Shown: positions 61,933 through 64,000 of the stretch, in pieces
Layout of the letters: every line of letters begins with the position of its first letter
How positions within the stretch are numbered: the first letter of the stretch is position 1
Assembly: GCA_031276035.1 (NCBI GenBank)
Contig: JAISNV010000001.1
Location: 140,062-204,061, forward strand
Direction: 5' to 3'
DNA from: Bacteroidales bacterium
Lineage (GTDB): Bacteria > Bacteroidota > Bacteroidia > Bacteroidales > BM520
Length of the DNA: 64,000 nucleotides
Program-made: the position numbers and the translations under genes
The notes under the pieces: generated by a model
What the model saw: only the letters and a program-made list of their open reading frames with translations
Told to the model about the DNA's origin: nothing
Database searches by the model: none

Positions 61933-64000
61933 TTATTGAACAACAACTCTAACTCTTTCTATATTACCATCAACTGTGGTTATATTGAAAAAATAGATAC
62001 CTGTTTTGTATGATGCAACATTAATAGCATTTACAGCTCCGTATTTTGCTACTAGTTGACCAACACTATTGTAAACTGTTACATTTGCAATATTTATACC
62101 TTCTATGTTAATAACATCATCTGCCGGGTTAGGATAAAGTTTAAATGTTGAATGGGTTTCAATACCAAGGTCTATAGTCACATCAACACAAACTTCTTCC
62201 GATTCGCAATTAGGATGAACCGCTACAACACAATATTCATAAATTCCATTTGGAAGGGTTACAACATCATCAATATATTGTTCGCCACTAACGTTATTTG
62301 CAATAAGGGTACCTTCTCTATAAATATCATAGAATATCTCATATACCGGTGTTTCTACAAAAGCTTCTACATTCCAGTTTGCGCTAACGCTACCTGTTAA
62401 TGCATATAAATTTGACCATAAACCATTATAGTACATTAAATCTCCTTTATCTGCTACTCTTGGACCTGCATCACAACCTGCGGGGTGATTACTTGTTGTA
62501 ACTACACGATATCCTACCCATAATTCTTTAGTTACGTCAATTTCATAAGGTTCAGTTAAAATAACTTCATTATAAGCCTCTTCAACTAATGATTGGGTCA
62601 CTGCCTGTTCGTATACTAATGTACCAGGATTGGTTACTGATGTTGCTCCCTGATAAATATGAAGTGTAAAATTAGCTACTGATGGATAATATGGTACAAA
62701 ATTTATTTTTGTAATCCAGTCGCCACCTGATATATTAAGTGCTGCTAAATCTGCAACTGTCCATCTTGCTGCAACAATAAACTCTGCTGCGCCTCCCGTA
62801 CCTATAGCATCATAGTTTGCGCCGGCATAAGTAATCCATCCGTCTTTAGAACCGTTATCGCCTTTTGACGTATTTTCCGGTCTCTCAATATTAGAATATA
62901 AAGATGAGAATGGAGCATTACCTTTATCATAAACAGTAACTGCTTCTTCGTTGATAGACGATGTTTCTATAATGTTATGAGATAATTTTTTACCTTTCGA
63001 TGGTGCTGTCCAATCAAGTGTTACCTTATTTGCACTTGAATTAAATGAACCTGTAAGGTCTGTAACTGGCTCGCAGTCATTTTGACAAGCAGGTTTATTT
63101 ATTGATATAGGGTTAGATTCATTACTACCGCAATTTACTGTAACACTCCAAGTATGACCTATCGTAGAATCAAAACCTGTATCAGTATATGAGGTTGTTG
63201 TGATATTTTCTGCAATCTTAGTTGTACCTCTATAAACATTATAAGTATATCCGCTTCCGAGACCTGTCCATGAAATTACCGCTTCATTACAATCTGTATT
63301 ATACTCAACTGCTAAATTTGTTGGAGGATTGCAGGGCAAGATTTCAGCACATCCTTCATTAGTAGCTAATGAAATACAACCATTTTCATACTCTGCTCTT
63401 ACTTTATAGCAATATGTTCCAGCAGTAGCTATATTTGTGTCAGTATAATTTGTTACAGTAGGGCCAACTGTAGCAAATGGAGTCGTATTATCACCATAAT
63501 AAATGTTATACCTTAATAAACCCGTAGATGGGTTCGGTGCCGTCCATGTTAAATGTATATTATTAAAATTCTGAACTGTTGCAACTAAGTTAGTTGGGGA
63601 ATTACAATCCGGAGGAGCAATTGTGAAAGTAACATCTACAACAGCTTCCCCAACATTAGGATTAGCACTAGTAAATTCAAGATTAGCATGCCATTCACCT
63701 TCTTCAGCATACAAGCCGTCCATAGTTAAATTAATAGTTTGAGTACCACCAGCAGCTATAGTTCCTGAGCTCGGTTCAATACCAATCAACCAACCTGCTA
63801 ATCCTAATTCGAATATACCTACTAAATTAGGCTCAGATTGGATTGATGCGAAATAGCACACTTTACCACCGAATTCACCGGTAAATGCACCGCCTGAACT
63901 TCCATATGCTGCACCCGGGCTCATAAGCGTTCTCGGATCAAATCCGAAACTTGTATACGAATTTGCCGCAATATCATATTGTTGCACTAATGCACTCGCT
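61933..64000 (-). CDS. T9SS-secreted multidomain surface protein (adhesin-like), C-terminal ~690 codons; the gene continues past the right edge
   Basis: The C-terminal ~80 aa 'FKLYPNPADDVINIEG...VTVYNSVGQLVAKY...TGIYFFNITTVDGNIERVRVVVQ' match the Por/T9SS C-terminal sorting domain. Upstream are Cys-bounded Fn3-like repeats ('C..PTNL....N....L.WT.P'). The track start at 63987 is a GTG, and the frame stays open to position 64000. Confidence 0.8.
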   Translation of the reverse strand, partial: ASALVQQYDIAANSYTSFGFDPRTLMSPGAAYGSSGGAFTGEFGGKVCYFASIQSEPNLVGIFELGLAGWLIGIEPSSGTIAAGGTQTINLTMDGLYAEEGEWHANLEFTSANPNVGEAVVDVTFTIAPPDCNSPTNLVATVQNFNNIHLTWTAPNPSTGLLRYNIYYGDNTTPFATVGPTVTNYTDTNIATAGTYCYKVRAEYENGCISLATNEGCAEILPCNPPTNLAVEYNTDCNEAVISWTGLGSGYTYNVYRGTTKIAENITTTSYTDTGFDSTIGHTWSVTVNCGSNESNPISINKPACQNDCEPVTDLTGSFNSSANKVTLDWTAPSKGKKLSHNIIETSSINEEAVTVYDKGNAPFSSLYSNIERPENTSKGDNGSKDGWITYAGANYDAIGTGGAAEFIVAARWTVADLAALNISGGDWITKINFVPYYPSVANFTLHIYQGATSVTNPGTLVYEQAVTQSLVEEAYNEVILTEPYEIDVTKELWVGYRVVTTSNHPAGCDAGPRVADKGDLMYYNGLWSNLYALTGSVSANWNVEAFVETPVYEIFYDIYREGTLIANNVSGEQYIDDVVTLPNGIYEYCVVAVHPNCESEEVCVDVTIDLGIETHSTFKLYPNPADDVINIEGINIANVTVYNSVGQLVAKYGAVNAINVASYKTGIYFFNITTVDGNIERVRVVVQ

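Overview
This is a low-GC Bacteroidota chromosome segment, probably Bacteroidales-like. The evidence is the gene order rpsU-xerC-like-hpf-tRNAs-tuf-tRNA(Trp)-secE-nusG-rplKAJL-rpoB, recurrent TAnnTTTG -7 promoter boxes, T9SS-type C-terminal sorting domains, and almost no Shine-Dalgarno sequences. Positions 1-17.7 kb are a housekeeping block on the minus strand: translation and transcription genes, five tRNAs, DPP-IV, an OmpA-family protein, mazG and proS. Positions 17.8-21.6 kb hold an odd low-complexity lipoprotein, a FadL/PorV-like barrel and rdgB. Positions 21.7-42.5 kb are envelope-focused. They carry ddl, pssA, a lytic transglycosylase, and two HlyD/TolC sets serving three FtsX/MacB-type permeases with only one ABC ATPase gene. 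A sulfatase-fold (LtaS/EptA-like) transferase and a GT-C-like polytopic membrane protein are interleaved among them. Positions 42.5-48.3 kb are a plus-strand signalling operon. It encodes a sigma-54 (NtrC-type) response regulator, a histidine kinase, and a 987-aa protein with a receiver fused to a PPDK-type ATP-grasp domain. A near-consensus sigma-54 promoter lies in front of the ABC ATPase operon. Positions 48.4-51.5 kb carry a trio of SRD5A-like steroid 5-alpha-reductase, Old Yellow Enzyme and membrane-anchored SDR. This trio resembles the 5AR/5BR/3beta-HSDH bile-acid clusters of gut Bacteroidales. Next come acpP-fabF-rnc, tRNA-Arg, asd, ribF, fabD, folE, a bactofilin, a PorW/SprE-like TPR lipoprotein, an M23 peptidase and a partial T9SS cargo adhesin. 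I found no CRISPR array, transposase, prophage or recognisable defence system. The best candidates for uncharacterised biology are the receiver-ATP-grasp signalling protein with its sigma-54 circuit, the reductase trio, and the Trp/Tyr/Gly plus Ser/Asn lipoprotein. All family calls come from motifs read by eye, since no HMM or BLAST search could be run.
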